Positions 1 through 8,861 of a stretch of 64,000 nucleotides of DNA are shown piece by piece. A program made the position numbers and the translations under genes. This DNA comes from an uncultured virus (IMG/VR IMGVR_UViG_3300027805_000001) (Duplodnaviria; Heunggongvirae; Uroviricota; Caudoviricetes), in the IMG/VR virus record IMGVR_UViG_3300027805_000001; one strand, given 5' to 3'. Under the pieces are notes generated by a model. The model searched no databases and had not been told where the DNA came from. It was given only the letters and a program-made list of their open reading frames with translations. Each line of letters begins with the position of its first letter. The first letter of the stretch is position 1.

Positions 1-192
1 GCTGAAGTTACCACCTACATGGGATGGGGCACCTTCAAGGGATGTCAGCTGGTTGTAGTTGCAGAAGAAGCCACCACCTACATGGGATGGTGCTCCTTCA
101 AGGGATGTCAACTGGTTGTCGTTGCAGTCGAAGTCACCGCCAGTGTACTCTATCTTCAGGTCGGCAACTGATTTTTGTCCTTGTAGCTTCAT
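1..192 (-). CDS. Variable LRR-like repeat protein, copy A (runs off window start)
   Basis: Manual translation from ATG at 192: MKLQGQKSVADLKIEYTGGDFDCNDNQLTSLEGAPSHVGGGFFCNYNQLTSLEGAPSHVGGNFS...; same 63-bp module as 38940-39530 and 43636-44478; TAAATA at 217-222 upstream. Confidence 0.9.
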   Translation of the reverse strand, partial: MKLQGQKSVADLKIEYTGGDFDCNDNQLTSLEGAPSHVGGGFFCNYNQLTSLEGAPSHVGGNFS

Positions 193-248
193 GGCACTTT
201 ACATACTGTAGCACAGTATTTACTTACAATGCACGTCCCTGCTAACTT

Positions 249-470
249 TTAGTAGATAGCATGATTCCTTCCACCTTGCTGAATTTGGTGTTTGCGGTAA
301 GTTGCTGTACGCATCAGCGATGTTGATTTCAATCGCAGCCAGCATTGACACCCCAAGATCATCAAGTTCAAAAAGTAACCAGTGCCCGAGTGCTTTTTCT
401 TCTTGAAGAAACGAATAATTTTCGTTGCTTCCTGTAGCGTCACCAGATACCGTACAACAACAGCGCTCAT
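249..470 (-). CDS. hypothetical protein
   Basis: 73-aa ORF whose ATG overlaps the upstream stop (ATGA). Confidence 0.5.
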   Translation of the reverse strand: MSAVVVRYLVTLQEATKIIRFFKKKKHSGTGYFLNLMILGCQCWLRLKSTSLMRTATYRKHQIQQGGRNHAIY

Positions 471-655
471 TTGATTTCTTGGAAAATTTGATGCAGCAAG
501 ATTCCAACAAATGATGCCATTAAAATGAACACCGTAGCTTGAGTTGCTGAGCTATCTGCCGCTGTGGGGCCATATCGTTCATAGATGCAGTGAAGTACCC
601 ACCCCGACCAAACCACGGTTAAGATAAGCCAGATGATAAAAAGAAGAAGAGACAT
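467..655 (-). CDS. small membrane protein
   Basis: MSLLLFIIWLIL... with two hydrophobic segments; directly after ligase stop. Confidence 0.6.
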   Translation of the reverse strand: MSLLLFIIWLILTVVWSGWVLHCIYERYGPTAADSSATQATVFILMASFVGILLHQIFQEIK

Positions 656-656
656 C

Positions 657-2003
657 TTAAACCTCCAGTGCAGGTACGACCTTGTCGTCGCGCAGTAGTT
701 GCTTGATGGTGGGGAAACGGAGAGACCAAAGATCACTGTCCTTTGCCTTGCTCATTTCCTGGTACGTGATCACCGCGGTCGAGCCATTGTAAAGCGCGCC
801 GAAGTTTTCTGCGATGTGCTTGCGCTGCTCGTCGCTGAACCCGCTACCGACGTTGGTTCGGAATGGACGACCATGCTCGTCGCGGCCTTCGACGGTAATG
901 CCACCGCAGGTGTTCTCTAGGCGGGACTTCTTGCGGCCCTTGTACCAGCCAACCACGCGGGCGTCCACGTCGTAGAAGCGCTTCACCTTACACCAATCCA
1001 TCGTCCTGTCCCACTGGTACGTCGCGTCCCAGTTCTTGAGGATTAGACCTTCTTGTTTGTGCGTGTCGATGACCTCGTTGCAGTAGGCCACCATGTCGGC
1101 GTAGTCCTTGACCTCGCGACCCTCGGAGAGGATGACCTTCGTGCAGCCGCTCTTATGCAGCCGATCCTTCAGGAAGGCGCGATTCTGGCGCATCGTGATG
1201 CTCGTCTTCTGGTTCATCCAGTCAGTGAGTGGCATCATGAAGAAGGCGCGCAGCTTGAGGTTGGCCTTAGCAGCGTCGTTACCTTCCTTCTTAGCATTCA
1301 TCGTCTCGGTGAAGTCGCTGGCGAAGGCCTCGCCGTCCATCACGAAGTCGTAGCCGACGGCAGCGCGGATGTTGAGAAGGTCCTCGTCAAATAAGCCATT
1401 GAGGTGGTCGCTCGGCTTGCCGCTGCGGGCACGGTACTCGACGGGCTGACCAGCGCGGACAATTGCAATCGCTCTGTTTCCGTCGTACTTCCAGTCGGCC
1501 TGGCATGGAAAGGTAAGGCGCTCCAGGAACTCATCGGGGCTCTCGCACTTGTCGGCGAGCATCACCTCGAACGTTGGGATGGTGCCGTAGAGGTCATCCT
1601 TGCCGGACCAGACCTTGCTGAAGGTGTCCTCAGAGAAGCCGGATTTCAGATCCTTCTCGATGACCAGCTCCAGGAACTCGGCCTCTTCGGCGGTGTAGAG
1701 GGCAAGCGTCTTGGCAACCGCATCCTGTGCGGCATTTCCAGTGAGCGACCGGCTCGAGAGGGCCTGCAGGAGGTCCAGGAACTGGCCAACGCCGGCGTAG
1801 CCAGTCTTCTGGAAGCTGGCAGGCTTTTCCCACTTGCGAACCCCGTAGGTAAGATACGGGTTGAGCGCGTGCCAGATAAGAGCACGCGCGTGTTCATCGC
1901 ACATGGAGAGGGCTGCCTGGATGGCAGCTTTCTTTCCAGCTCCACTGGCTGACTGACAGGACCTGATGACTTGAACAAAGTTTGCGATTTGAGAGGTGGG
2001 CAT
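657..2003 (-). CDS. lig: ATP-dependent DNA ligase
   Basis: Motif I KYDGNR, motif III DGE, motif IV EGLILK, WCKVK, OB-fold VGSGFS and SLRFP. Confidence 0.95.
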   Translation of the reverse strand: MPTSQIANFVQVIRSCQSASGAGKKAAIQAALSMCDEHARALIWHALNPYLTYGVRKWEKPASFQKTGYAGVGQFLDLLQALSSRSLTGNAAQDAVAKTLALYTAEEAEFLELVIEKDLKSGFSEDTFSKVWSGKDDLYGTIPTFEVMLADKCESPDEFLERLTFPCQADWKYDGNRAIAIVRAGQPVEYRARSGKPSDHLNGLFDEDLLNIRAAVGYDFVMDGEAFASDFTETMNAKKEGNDAAKANLKLRAFFMMPLTDWMNQKTSITMRQNRAFLKDRLHKSGCTKVILSEGREVKDYADMVAYCNEVIDTHKQEGLILKNWDATYQWDRTMDWCKVKRFYDVDARVVGWYKGRKKSRLENTCGGITVEGRDEHGRPFRTNVGSGFSDEQRKHIAENFGALYNGSTAVITYQEMSKAKDSDLWSLRFPTIKQLLRDDKVVPALEV

Positions 2004-2028
2004 CTATAGTTTCCTTGTTGATGTTGCT

Positions 2029-2057
2029 ATTATACATCAACCTGAGAAGATGTACAC
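2029..2057 (-). promoter_or_regulatory. early promoter GTGTACA-N16-TATAAT
   Basis: Same motif and spacing recur at 3156, 4919, 8371 and 17100; resembles T4 early GTTTAC-type -35. Confidence 0.8.
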
Positions 2058-2081
2058 AGCTAAATTGTGACCTGTAACAGG

Positions 2082-2360
2082 TCAGGCTACTTTCCAGATG
2101 TTCTTCTTCCACCATCGGACAATCGGTTTGTAGACGCCTGTCATCATGGCTATGAGGATGACAACGAAGAAGGGGACACGGTGGTGACGCCAGACAAAGG
2201 TGTAGGTCGAGTTGATGAGGTCTGCCGCTTCAATCACGACGTGCATGGTGTTACCCTGCTTGTGGGCGTCCTTGAGCTCGGCCAGCTCCTCACCACACTT
2301 TTCGAGGGTGCCGCGTGGGAAGCGGCGGATGATTGCCTTGTGCTTGAAGGGTCGGAACAT
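2082..2360 (-). CDS. MazG-like nucleotide pyrophosphohydrolase domain protein
   Basis: KCGEELAEL...EAADLI resembles the all-alpha NTP-PPase EExxE...ExxD motif. Confidence 0.55.
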   Translation of the reverse strand: MFRPFKHKAIIRRFPRGTLEKCGEELAELKDAHKQGNTMHVVIEAADLINSTYTFVWRHHRVPFFVVILIAMMTGVYKPIVRWWKKNIWKVA

Positions 2361-2472
2361 GATCAGGTGCTGATGTCGATGATGCGGATCCAGCGCTCGC
2401 CTTCAAACTGCCAGAGCTCGTCTTGCCAGAAGACGCCGAGGTACTCGTCACCGCGCCACACCTCGAACTGCC

Positions 2473-2622
2473 TCACTTCAGATCTCCGCAACAGTTGTCG
2501 ACGTGGTCCTCGAAGGCCTTCCAGGCGGTGTCGAGGTCGGTGTCCATCCACTTGACGACAAACATGATGAACGACATCAAGCTGGTAGACAGTAGGAGCA
2601 CTATCAGAAAGGTGCGCAGCAT
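2473..2622 (-). CDS. small membrane protein
   Basis: Manual translation MLRTFLIVLLLSTSLMSFIMFVVKWMDTDLDTAW...; start overlaps SprT stop. Confidence 0.5.
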   Translation of the reverse strand: MLRTFLIVLLLSTSLMSFIMFVVKWMDTDLDTAWKAFEDHVDNCCGDLK

Positions 2623-3149
2623 CACTCGTCTCCCATTTCCTCGATCGCCAGCCGAATGAACTCACGGTCAGCGTGCTCGAACTTGCTGATCTGCTTGACC
2701 ACCGCCGCGATCTTCGCAGCAGTGGACTTCATCGCCCGCTTGCGCTTTACCTTGACGATGTCGAGCGACGCGATGTTGTAGGTGTGCTTGACCTTCGGTT
2801 CCAGGTCAAGAACACCCATGACTTCCTTCCACTCCTTGCCGTGTGGACGAACCTTCTTGCCGTTCATCGGCTTTTGGTCGTAGACGTGGTGGGCGACCAG
2901 GTGGGCGACCTCATGGGGCACGGTACTCGCCAGGAAATCCGCTTCGTTCTCAACGAGGAAGGTTAGGTTAAGACGGATGAGGTTGCGCTGCAGCCAGGCC
3001 TCACCACCGTTGGTGTTACGGATGTTGTAGCGGATTTCGGGTCGCTTGAACTTCTGCTTGTAGTATTTCTCACACTTAGTGAAAGCAGCCTCGACAGCCT
3101 TCTCGACCTTGGCACGCAGTTCCGGAGAGAGTAGGATTTGCTTGTTCAT
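2622..3149 (-). CDS. SprT-like zinc metalloprotease
   Basis: VPHEVAHL (HExxH) and PHGKEWK..M motifs of the SprT family; ATG 6 nt after TATAAT. Confidence 0.9.
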   Translation of the reverse strand: MNKQILLSPELRAKVEKAVEAAFTKCEKYYKQKFKRPEIRYNIRNTNGGEAWLQRNLIRLNLTFLVENEADFLASTVPHEVAHLVAHHVYDQKPMNGKKVRPHGKEWKEVMGVLDLEPKVKHTYNIASLDIVKVKRKRAMKSTAAKIAAVVKQISKFEHADREFIRLAIEEMGDE

Positions 3150-3155
3150 AAGGCT

Positions 3156-3184
3156 ATTATACATCAAATGCGCAGGTTGTACAC
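3156..3184 (-). promoter_or_regulatory. early promoter, probably leaderless
   Basis: GTGTACA-N16-TATAAT-AGCCTT-ATG. Confidence 0.8.
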
Positions 3185-3200
3185 AACTAGAGTGTAACGA

Positions 3201-3566
3201 TCAGCCGTACGACCTTGGCTTTGTTACATGATAGGTGACCGATACCTGCTTCTCGACCTTCGAGGTGCCAAGCACCAGCACGTCGCTGCCCTTGATCTTC
3301 TTTCCCTTGCCGGACATCGAGCCGCCCCCGAAGTAAAACGACTTGAGCTGGCTGTCATTGAAGGTCAGCTGCTTCTCTGGCCCGGCAGAGAACATGAACA
3401 TCCACGCCAACGCATCGATCTTAACGACATCGATCTCATCGACGCTGTATGGAATACCGTCACCTGGGTCGTCCTGCACGTGTTCACTCCTAACCACCAG
3501 GTAGGGCAACTTTGCCTTCTTGATGGAGACGATATCTCCAACGTTGAGCTTAGTTTGATGGGTCAT
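3201..3566 (-). CDS. hypothetical protein
   Basis: 121-aa ORF tightly packed in early operon. Confidence 0.7.
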   Translation of the reverse strand: MTHQTKLNVGDIVSIKKAKLPYLVVRSEHVQDDPGDGIPYSVDEIDVVKIDALAWMFMFSAGPEKQLTFNDSQLKSFYFGGGSMSGKGKKIKGSDVLVLGTSKVEKQVSVTYHVTKPRSYG

Positions 3567-3567
3567 G

Positions 3568-4041
3568 TTACTTTACCTTCTGCTCGTCCATGTACTTCCA
3601 CGATACCACCAGGTGGTCAGGCAGCCGCTTCATAAACACCTTGTCGAAGGTGAACATCACGCTGTTGTCGAGGTCCCACCAGAGATCGCAGCGAAGGGTC
3701 TTGAAGCGCTTCGAGTGGTCCTTATCGAAGTACGTGTTCTCCTTGGTGTGGCCCTTGCCTTCGCGAAGTTTCATGAGATGACCGAAGTACTCCTCGTACT
3801 CCTCGTCGGTGAAGGTGTGGAGCACGCGAAGGCTTTCACCATTGTCGCCGGTGATGCGCGGCTCGATGGTCACCTTGATGTCGTCGACGCGGGCCTGCAG
3901 TTCGCGAAGGCTCTGAGGCAGCGCGCCCCACTCGAACTCTGCCGAGCCCATGTAGTCGAGGCTGACGGCCTCGCTGAAGCGGCCTTCGCGCCGCGGGTGG
4001 TGGATGGTGGCGCGTTGGATGAGGTAGGGAGTTTTAACCAT
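3568..4041 (-). CDS. hypothetical phage protein
   Basis: 157-aa ORF with DYMGSAEFEWGALP motif; GC3-rich codons. Confidence 0.75.
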   Translation of the reverse strand: MVKTPYLIQRATIHHPRREGRFSEAVSLDYMGSAEFEWGALPQSLRELQARVDDIKVTIEPRITGDNGESLRVLHTFTDEEYEEYFGHLMKLREGKGHTKENTYFDKDHSKRFKTLRCDLWWDLDNSVMFTFDKVFMKRLPDHLVVSWKYMDEQKVK

Positions 4042-4051
4042 GATGTGCCTT

Positions 4052-4282
4052 TCAGCAGTCGATGTAGTCGATGAAGTGGAGGCCGACCTCGGTGACGTAG
4101 GCCTGCGCCTCGTCGGTCATGAAGTCGAAGATCTTGCCGTCTTGGACATAGACGCTCTCACCGCACACCCAGTCCTCGACGTTGGGTGAGATGCGGGTGA
4201 CGCGGAACATCGCGACGCGACCAGGAGGTGTAGCGGCGAGGATGTCGTCAAGGGACGCGAAGGTGCTGCGGGTGACGTTCAT
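4052..4282 (-). CDS. hypothetical protein
   Basis: 76-aa ORF in operon. Confidence 0.65.
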   Translation of the reverse strand: MNVTRSTFASLDDILAATPPGRVAMFRVTRISPNVEDWVCGESVYVQDGKIFDFMTDEAQAYVTEVGLHFIDYIDC

Positions 4283-4285
4283 GCT

Positions 4286-4492
4286 TCAGCCTTTGAAAGC
4301 GTGGTACGGAATGTAGACAACAATCGCCGCTGCAAACTGAACCATCATGTAGCAGTAGAGCCACTGCCTGTCGGTCATCTCAGCCCAGCGAGTGAAGCGG
4401 TTCATCCGACCGGACAGGTGCTCGTGTGAGAAGCCGATCACCCCGATCCAACCAATGATAGCACTTACAACGAAGATGTAATGAGCGTTCAT
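4286..4492 (-). CDS. small membrane protein
   Basis: Two hydrophobic segments. Confidence 0.6.
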   Translation of the reverse strand: MNAHYIFVVSAIIGWIGVIGFSHEHLSGRMNRFTRWAEMTDRQWLYCYMMVQFAAAIVVYIPYHAFKG

Positions 4493-4494
4493 GT

Positions 4495-4884
4495 TCAGGC
4501 AGCCTTCAGCAGGGTGGCGAGAACCAGCGGGTCGTACTTAAAGAGCCGCTTGTCGGTGGTTTCGACGATCGCGAATTTGGGCGAGGACATGCCGACGAAC
4601 TTGACCTTGCCGAGGCGACCAACCGTGATCTCGGTACCGATCATCGAGGTGGCCAGTCCGGCCTGCCAGCCGAAGCGGGCAGTATTCTTGAAGAACTTGG
4701 GGTTGACCTCGCCGGTTGTGGCCTTGTCACCGAACTCGACCGTCATCTTCATGGTCGAACCATCACGCGCATAGACGATTCGCTGAGCACCCTTCTTCAA
4801 GCCATGCTTGGTAGCAAAGGCGTCCAGCATCTCCGCCAGCTCCTTGTTGAAGGCCTTGACAGTAAGCTCGTTGATGGTTGCCAT
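4495..4884 (-). CDS. hypothetical early protein
   Basis: First gene after promoter at 4919; GGAG RBS. Confidence 0.75.
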   Translation of the reverse strand: MATINELTVKAFNKELAEMLDAFATKHGLKKGAQRIVYARDGSTMKMTVEFGDKATTGEVNPKFFKNTARFGWQAGLATSMIGTEITVGRLGKVKFVGMSSPKFAIVETTDKRLFKYDPLVLATLLKAA

Positions 4885-4918
4885 TCAGAAGTTCTCCAGC
4901 ATTTCAATCGATAGAGCT

Positions 4919-4947
4919 ATTATACATCAACCTGCAGCGATGTACAC
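4919..4947 (-). promoter_or_regulatory. early promoter GTGTACA-N16-TATAAT
   Basis: Near-identical to 2029-2057. Confidence 0.8.
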
Positions 4948-5035
4948 TTCTTTTTGCAACAGGGCAAAATCTGTTACATGTGCCCCGGCCCAGCTGTAAA
5001 TACCACGTATTGAAATAACCTAGAACCGTGCAACT

Positions 5036-5530
5036 ATGCCCAAAAAGAAAATCCCAGAAATCGTTATCGAGCGCGCTGAGGACCAAGGAAATTATTTTTT
5101 CTTATCTGTACTCGAATATAGACAAGAAAATTATCTTGTAGTTATTGATAATATCTCAGACAGCGAAGTTACTGCATTTGTTCTTGATTTTGCCCAACAA
5201 GAAGGAATAAATCTTAAGCAGCTGATCTCAATAATTACCCTTTGGTTTTACAGAGGATCTTATCATTATCCGCTGTCATTTGAATTTTCTAGACTTGGGA
5301 TTGCAGATAGAACCAACCGTATCTTCAAGACTTTTGAGCTTGCTCACGTGACTCGTCTAATTGGTAAAGATTTCTCATATGACCTATTTGAGATGCCAAA
5401 AGTTCGACGCAGACGGGCAAATAAAATCCCAGCCGGCGTCGAAGTTAGACTGAAGCGATCAAGCGAAGGGCGGCAGCCCGTACCTGAACCTCAGCTCCTC
5501 AAGAAGCCACTGTTCGAAAGCAGCCTCTAG
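5036..5530 (+). CDS. hypothetical protein (late-promoter driven)
   Basis: AT-rich 164-aa plus-strand ORF; TAAATA at 4997-5002. Confidence 0.7.
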   Translation: MPKKKIPEIVIERAEDQGNYFFLSVLEYRQENYLVVIDNISDSEVTAFVLDFAQQEGINLKQLISIITLWFYRGSYHYPLSFEFSRLGIADRTNRIFKTFELAHVTRLIGKDFSYDLFEMPKVRRRRANKIPAGVEVRLKRSSEGRQPVPEPQLLKKPLFESSL

Positions 5531-6487
5531 CTCAGGCGTTTTTTCGGGAAGCAGAGTGCTGGTCTTCTGAGCTTCTGTCAGCTCCTCTTCGAGCTTGAGC
5601 AGGTGCATCTTAGCATCCTCAAGTGGCATTGTCGTCTTTACCAGCAGCAGCCGCTGACGCTCAACTTCAGGTCGAGGGAACGTCAGCTTACCGTGGCGCA
5701 GCAGCTCCAGCGCCTGCTCATACACCCGCACCGCATGCATCAGCGACTTGCGGTCAACCTCAGCTTCTGCGGCTGCTTGCGTACGATGACCGTAGCTGTC
5801 CACCAGCTTCTGCACCGCGGTGCGAAGGTGCTCAACTGTCGTCGTCTCAAGGTACTCCCGACCATTAAGCTTGAGCGTCCGCATCTCACGACCATTGTTG
5901 ACGGTGGTACCGAGCTCAAGGTCTGCGTACTTAGCGATGACGTGCAGCACCTTTGTGCCTTTGACATGGTCGAGCCGAAGCTGCTGCCCATTGGCGACAT
6001 CGGCGAAGAAGCCATCCCTTTCGTCGGATAGCAGCTCGTTGAGGGCCACAAGCAGCCTCTTCGCTTTCTCCAGCCGCACCCCACGGTGCACGTAGTCAAA
6101 AGTTTGCTTTTTTGCAAAGCCGGCCATCGAGCTGACGTTGCATGTAAGGAACTTCTCAACGAGTTCTTTTACCCAGTAGAGAGCCACCGGTTCAGCGCTG
6201 AGGTGGGCAAAGGCGCACTCCAGCGCGTAGGTTTGACCGTTGAGGAAATCACGACAGAACGTCTGGAACGGCACGTACTCCACCTCAACACCACCGTCAG
6301 GCATCTGCGCGGTGTCGCTCACCGGATTGCCCTCGGCGTCAACGCGCGTTTTGTAGGTACGGAGCTTCTTGCTAAGCAGCACGTCTTCGAGCGGTGGCAG
6401 GTACACCACCTTCTCGTCAAGGTCGCTGGTGGGGGTGCTGGTCCCGTAGAGGTGCGACCCGTAGGTCACCTTGAAAAGGTCAGTCAT
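5459..6487 (-). CDS. Pol-beta superfamily nucleotidyltransferase (RlaP/NrdC.11-like)
   Basis: N-terminal GSHLYGTSTPTSDLD motif; C-terminal DRKSLMHAVR...ELLRHGKLTFPRP. Confidence 0.85.
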   Translation of the reverse strand: MTDLFKVTYGSHLYGTSTPTSDLDEKVVYLPPLEDVLLSKKLRTYKTRVDAEGNPVSDTAQMPDGGVEVEYVPFQTFCRDFLNGQTYALECAFAHLSAEPVALYWVKELVEKFLTCNVSSMAGFAKKQTFDYVHRGVRLEKAKRLLVALNELLSDERDGFFADVANGQQLRLDHVKGTKVLHVIAKYADLELGTTVNNGREMRTLKLNGREYLETTTVEHLRTAVQKLVDSYGHRTQAAAEAEVDRKSLMHAVRVYEQALELLRHGKLTFPRPEVERQRLLLVKTTMPLEDAKMHLLKLEEELTEAQKTSTLLPEKTPELEAAFEQWLLEELRFRYGLPPFA

Positions 6488-6650
6488 CAGTCATCTCTCC
6501 ATTCGCCGGCTCTTGCCTTAGCTTGAGCTCGGCTTTCTCCTTGAAGCTGCTGCGCGACAGCTCTCAACCGAAGGAGCCATTGAACGCGTCGGTAGAGCTG
6601 CGCAAGCAGCGGGCAGATGAGAGCCATCACCAGCATGCCGAGCAGAAAGC

Positions 6651-7181
6651 TCATCGCAGCTCCAGCTCCTGATAACAGTAGGAGGCCGATTCGTCGAACG
6701 ACGGCGGGTTGAGACCACCTTTTTGGTCAAAGAAGCCGAACATCTCGAGGTGCTCCTTGGTGGCGCCCAATTCAACGGCCTTGTCATGAGACGCCTGATA
6801 CGCCATCTGCATGCTGCGCTCATGCTCAGCTTGCAAGGCCTTCCAGATAGGCTCGAATTCCTTACGCCATGCGTTGTACTTCTTCTTGTACTCGGCCTGG
6901 GTTTCCTTGGTATGCTTCACTGGTTCCTTCGGCTCGGGTGGCAGCTTGAGGTCCTGGTGCTGCAGGAAGTAGTTCCGGTCGTGCGCGATCCGCGCTTCGG
7001 CATAGCCGTCGGTGAGCGAATTATGCACCTGCGGCCAGATGCCCTCGCAGAACTTGTGCAGCTCGGTGAGACGCTGCACCTCGACCTTTGCCTGCTCCTC
7101 CTCGACGACGGCGTAGAGGTTGTTTTTCCACGCATCGTCGTACGACCCGCCGAAGGCTTTGATGATGTAGATCTTCGTCAT
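6651..7181 (-). CDS. hypothetical protein
   Basis: MTKIYIIKAFGGSYDD... ORF in operon. Confidence 0.7.
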   Translation of the reverse strand: MTKIYIIKAFGGSYDDAWKNNLYAVVEEEQAKVEVQRLTELHKFCEGIWPQVHNSLTDGYAEARIAHDRNYFLQHQDLKLPPEPKEPVKHTKETQAEYKKKYNAWRKEFEPIWKALQAEHERSMQMAYQASHDKAVELGATKEHLEMFGFFDQKGGLNPPSFDESASYCYQELELR

Positions 7182-7334
7182 GTCAGTGCACCGTCGCCGA
7201 AACACGTCGCATCACCGCCTCGCGAACTGCCTCCTCGAGCCACTCGATCTCGTCGAGGGTCAGCTCATCATCAGGAAGCAGCCCAGCGCAAAAGAGCTCA
7301 AGGCGCGCAGGGTCCATCACAAAGTTCTCGTCCA

Positions 7335-7808
7335 TTAGAAGTGCCTCTTCACGTAGTCGTAGGCTGCCCGCATCTCGCTGGAAAAGCTCGACAGCGGGGT
7401 CGAATAGCTGTACTGAGGGATCTTGCCCAATACCCCAAGGTCATGCTGCAGGAGATCAACGATGTCCTTGGCGTCCCGCATTCCAAGCCCCCAGGCTTCA
7501 CGCATCTTCTTGATGGCCGACACCTTCTGGATAGGATTGAGGGTGAGGTCGCTCAAGATGGAACGTGCAGCAGCAAACTTCATGTGATTACCAGTTGCAT
7601 GTCGCATGAACAGCGCAGGCTGATTCTTGACCATTGCTGCACTGATCTGGGTAGGGGTCTTTCCGGTGAGTTCCGCAAGGAACTCCATGAAGGCGTCAGT
7701 CTCTCCAACTGCAAAGGACTTGATGACCTCTCTCAAGTCAACCTGTTCCTGATTTCGCAGGTAGAACTTCAGGGCTTCCTGAGGAGTGACAGCGGTTTGT
7801 TCGTCCAT
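7335..7808 (-). CDS. protein with ribosomal L7/L12 C-terminal-like domain
   Basis: QKVSAIKKMREAWGLGMRDAKDIVD matches the L7/L12 CTD pattern KIxAIKxxRxxxGLGLKEAKxxVE; ATG 6 nt after TATAAT (7815-7820). Confidence 0.65.
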   Translation of the reverse strand: MDEQTAVTPQEALKFYLRNQEQVDLREVIKSFAVGETDAFMEFLAELTGKTPTQISAAMVKNQPALFMRHATGNHMKFAAARSILSDLTLNPIQKVSAIKKMREAWGLGMRDAKDIVDLLQHDLGVLGKIPQYSYSTPLSSFSSEMRAAYDYVKRHF

Positions 7809-7859
7809 GTGTAGATTATACACTAATATGAAGACCACATCTTGATAGACAGAAAATTG

Positions 7860-8180
7860 TTACTTTTTCTTGACAACGTAGCGCTTCTCAGCGCTCGCCA
7901 TCTTCATGTATGCCTTGTGGTCGCCAACGAACCACCAAACGATTACCTGTGGTTTAGCAACAACTTCTGTACCAAGGGCTCGGTAGTTCGCATTGATGCG
8001 AACCGAGAAGGTGCCGGGGTTGTGGATGCCACCACCCGTGTCGCGGAATTCTTTGAAGTGAAGCTGTGGGTGGGCAGGGTTTTCCTTCAGCAGCTTGAAG
8101 CGCTCCTTGGCTTCAGCCTGAATATCCGCGGGAAGCTTGGAAAAAAGATCCTTGAAACCGATAGAACGTCGATGGATCAC
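7860..8180 (-). CDS. ParE/RelE-like toxin
   Basis: LPADIQAEAKERFKLLKENPAHPQLHFK...SVRINANYRALG...WWFVGDHKAY typical of ParE-like toxins; GTGA coupling to upstream antitoxin. Confidence 0.8.
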   Translation of the reverse strand: MIHRRSIGFKDLFSKLPADIQAEAKERFKLLKENPAHPQLHFKEFRDTGGGIHNPGTFSVRINANYRALGTEVVAKPQVIVWWFVGDHKAYMKMASAEKRYVVKKK

Positions 8181-8338
8181 AGCGCCTCGGTCTTCCCGTC
8201 TTCGTATTCTTCGACAACATGCGCCGCGATCGCCGCCAGGGTACCGTCAGCAGCGTGCTGGCGCAAGGTAGCTTCCCATTCCTGATCGGCTTGGGTTTCA
8301 GCAGAGGTATCGGTCCTGGCAAGTTCGTTGAGCTTCAT
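8177..8338 (-). CDS. putative antitoxin (53 aa, not in ORF track)
   Basis: Manual translation MKLNELARTDTSAETQADQEWEATLRQHAADGTLAAIAAHVVEEYEDGKTEAL; acidic, GGAG RBS, coupled to toxin. Confidence 0.75.
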   Translation of the reverse strand: MKLNELARTDTSAETQADQEWEATLRQHAADGTLAAIAAHVVEEYEDGKTEAL

Positions 8339-8359
8339 GCGTTCTCCAGTATTCTTTAG

Positions 8360-8399
8360 TATTTAGAGAGATTATACCATAAACCTGAAAGATGTACAC
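8360..8399 (-). promoter_or_regulatory. tandem early (GTGTACA-16-TATAAT) and late (TAAATA) promoters
   Basis: TATAAT 8371-8376, TGTACA 8393-8398, TAAATA 8360-8365. Confidence 0.7.
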
Positions 8400-8423
8400 T
8401 CTTTTGTGCAACAGCCACACATC

Positions 8424-8825
8424 TCAACTGTCACATGGCGGAAAGGTTTCTCCTGTTTCAAGAATTATACGTCCATCTGACATTCCGTCGTATTTACAGA
8501 TAAGCCACCGCAGCTCTTCTGGAGTTTTTGTTCTGGGATCATTTATAAAAGTATGTCCAGGAATTACTCCACCATTTGGATTTGGCCAGTCAGGCTGTTT
8601 GTCAATAGTATACTTGACTTGTAAAATATTAGTCAAAGGCATAAACTTTACTACCCAGTAATCATCTCGAGGAATTAGTTCATCACATCTCGCAACAAAA
8701 CCATGAACATCCTGTCCTACGTCTGCCCAAATTACAAACAGCCTGGGAATGTTATTTTGATTATACGCAACGGCCCGCTGCACAAATAACGCTTCAACTT
8801 CTGAAAGATAATCCTTCTTAATCAT
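8424..8825 (-). CDS. hypothetical protein
   Basis: 133-aa AT-rich ORF with AAGGA RBS. Confidence 0.65.
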   Translation of the reverse strand: MIKKDYLSEVEALFVQRAVAYNQNNIPRLFVIWADVGQDVHGFVARCDELIPRDDYWVVKFMPLTNILQVKYTIDKQPDWPNPNGGVIPGHTFINDPRTKTPEELRWLICKYDGMSDGRIILETGETFPPCDS

Positions 8826-8861
8826 ATTCTATTTTCCTTTGCGATTTGATATTTCAGTAAA

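Noticed and set aside
24..245. Plus-strand ORFs over the LRR repeats (also 39230-39748, 43864-44451)
   Set aside because: Antisense shadows of the repeat genes; the minus frame has start, leader, caps and operon coupling
2363..2665. 100-aa ORF from the track
   Set aside because: Better explained as two short coupled ORFs (2473-2622 and 2363-2476)
6723..7814. Long plus-strand ORFs (363 aa here, 402 aa at 32873-34081, 246 aa at 11473-12213)
   Set aside because: Antisense to well-supported genes; explained by codon bias; no motifs
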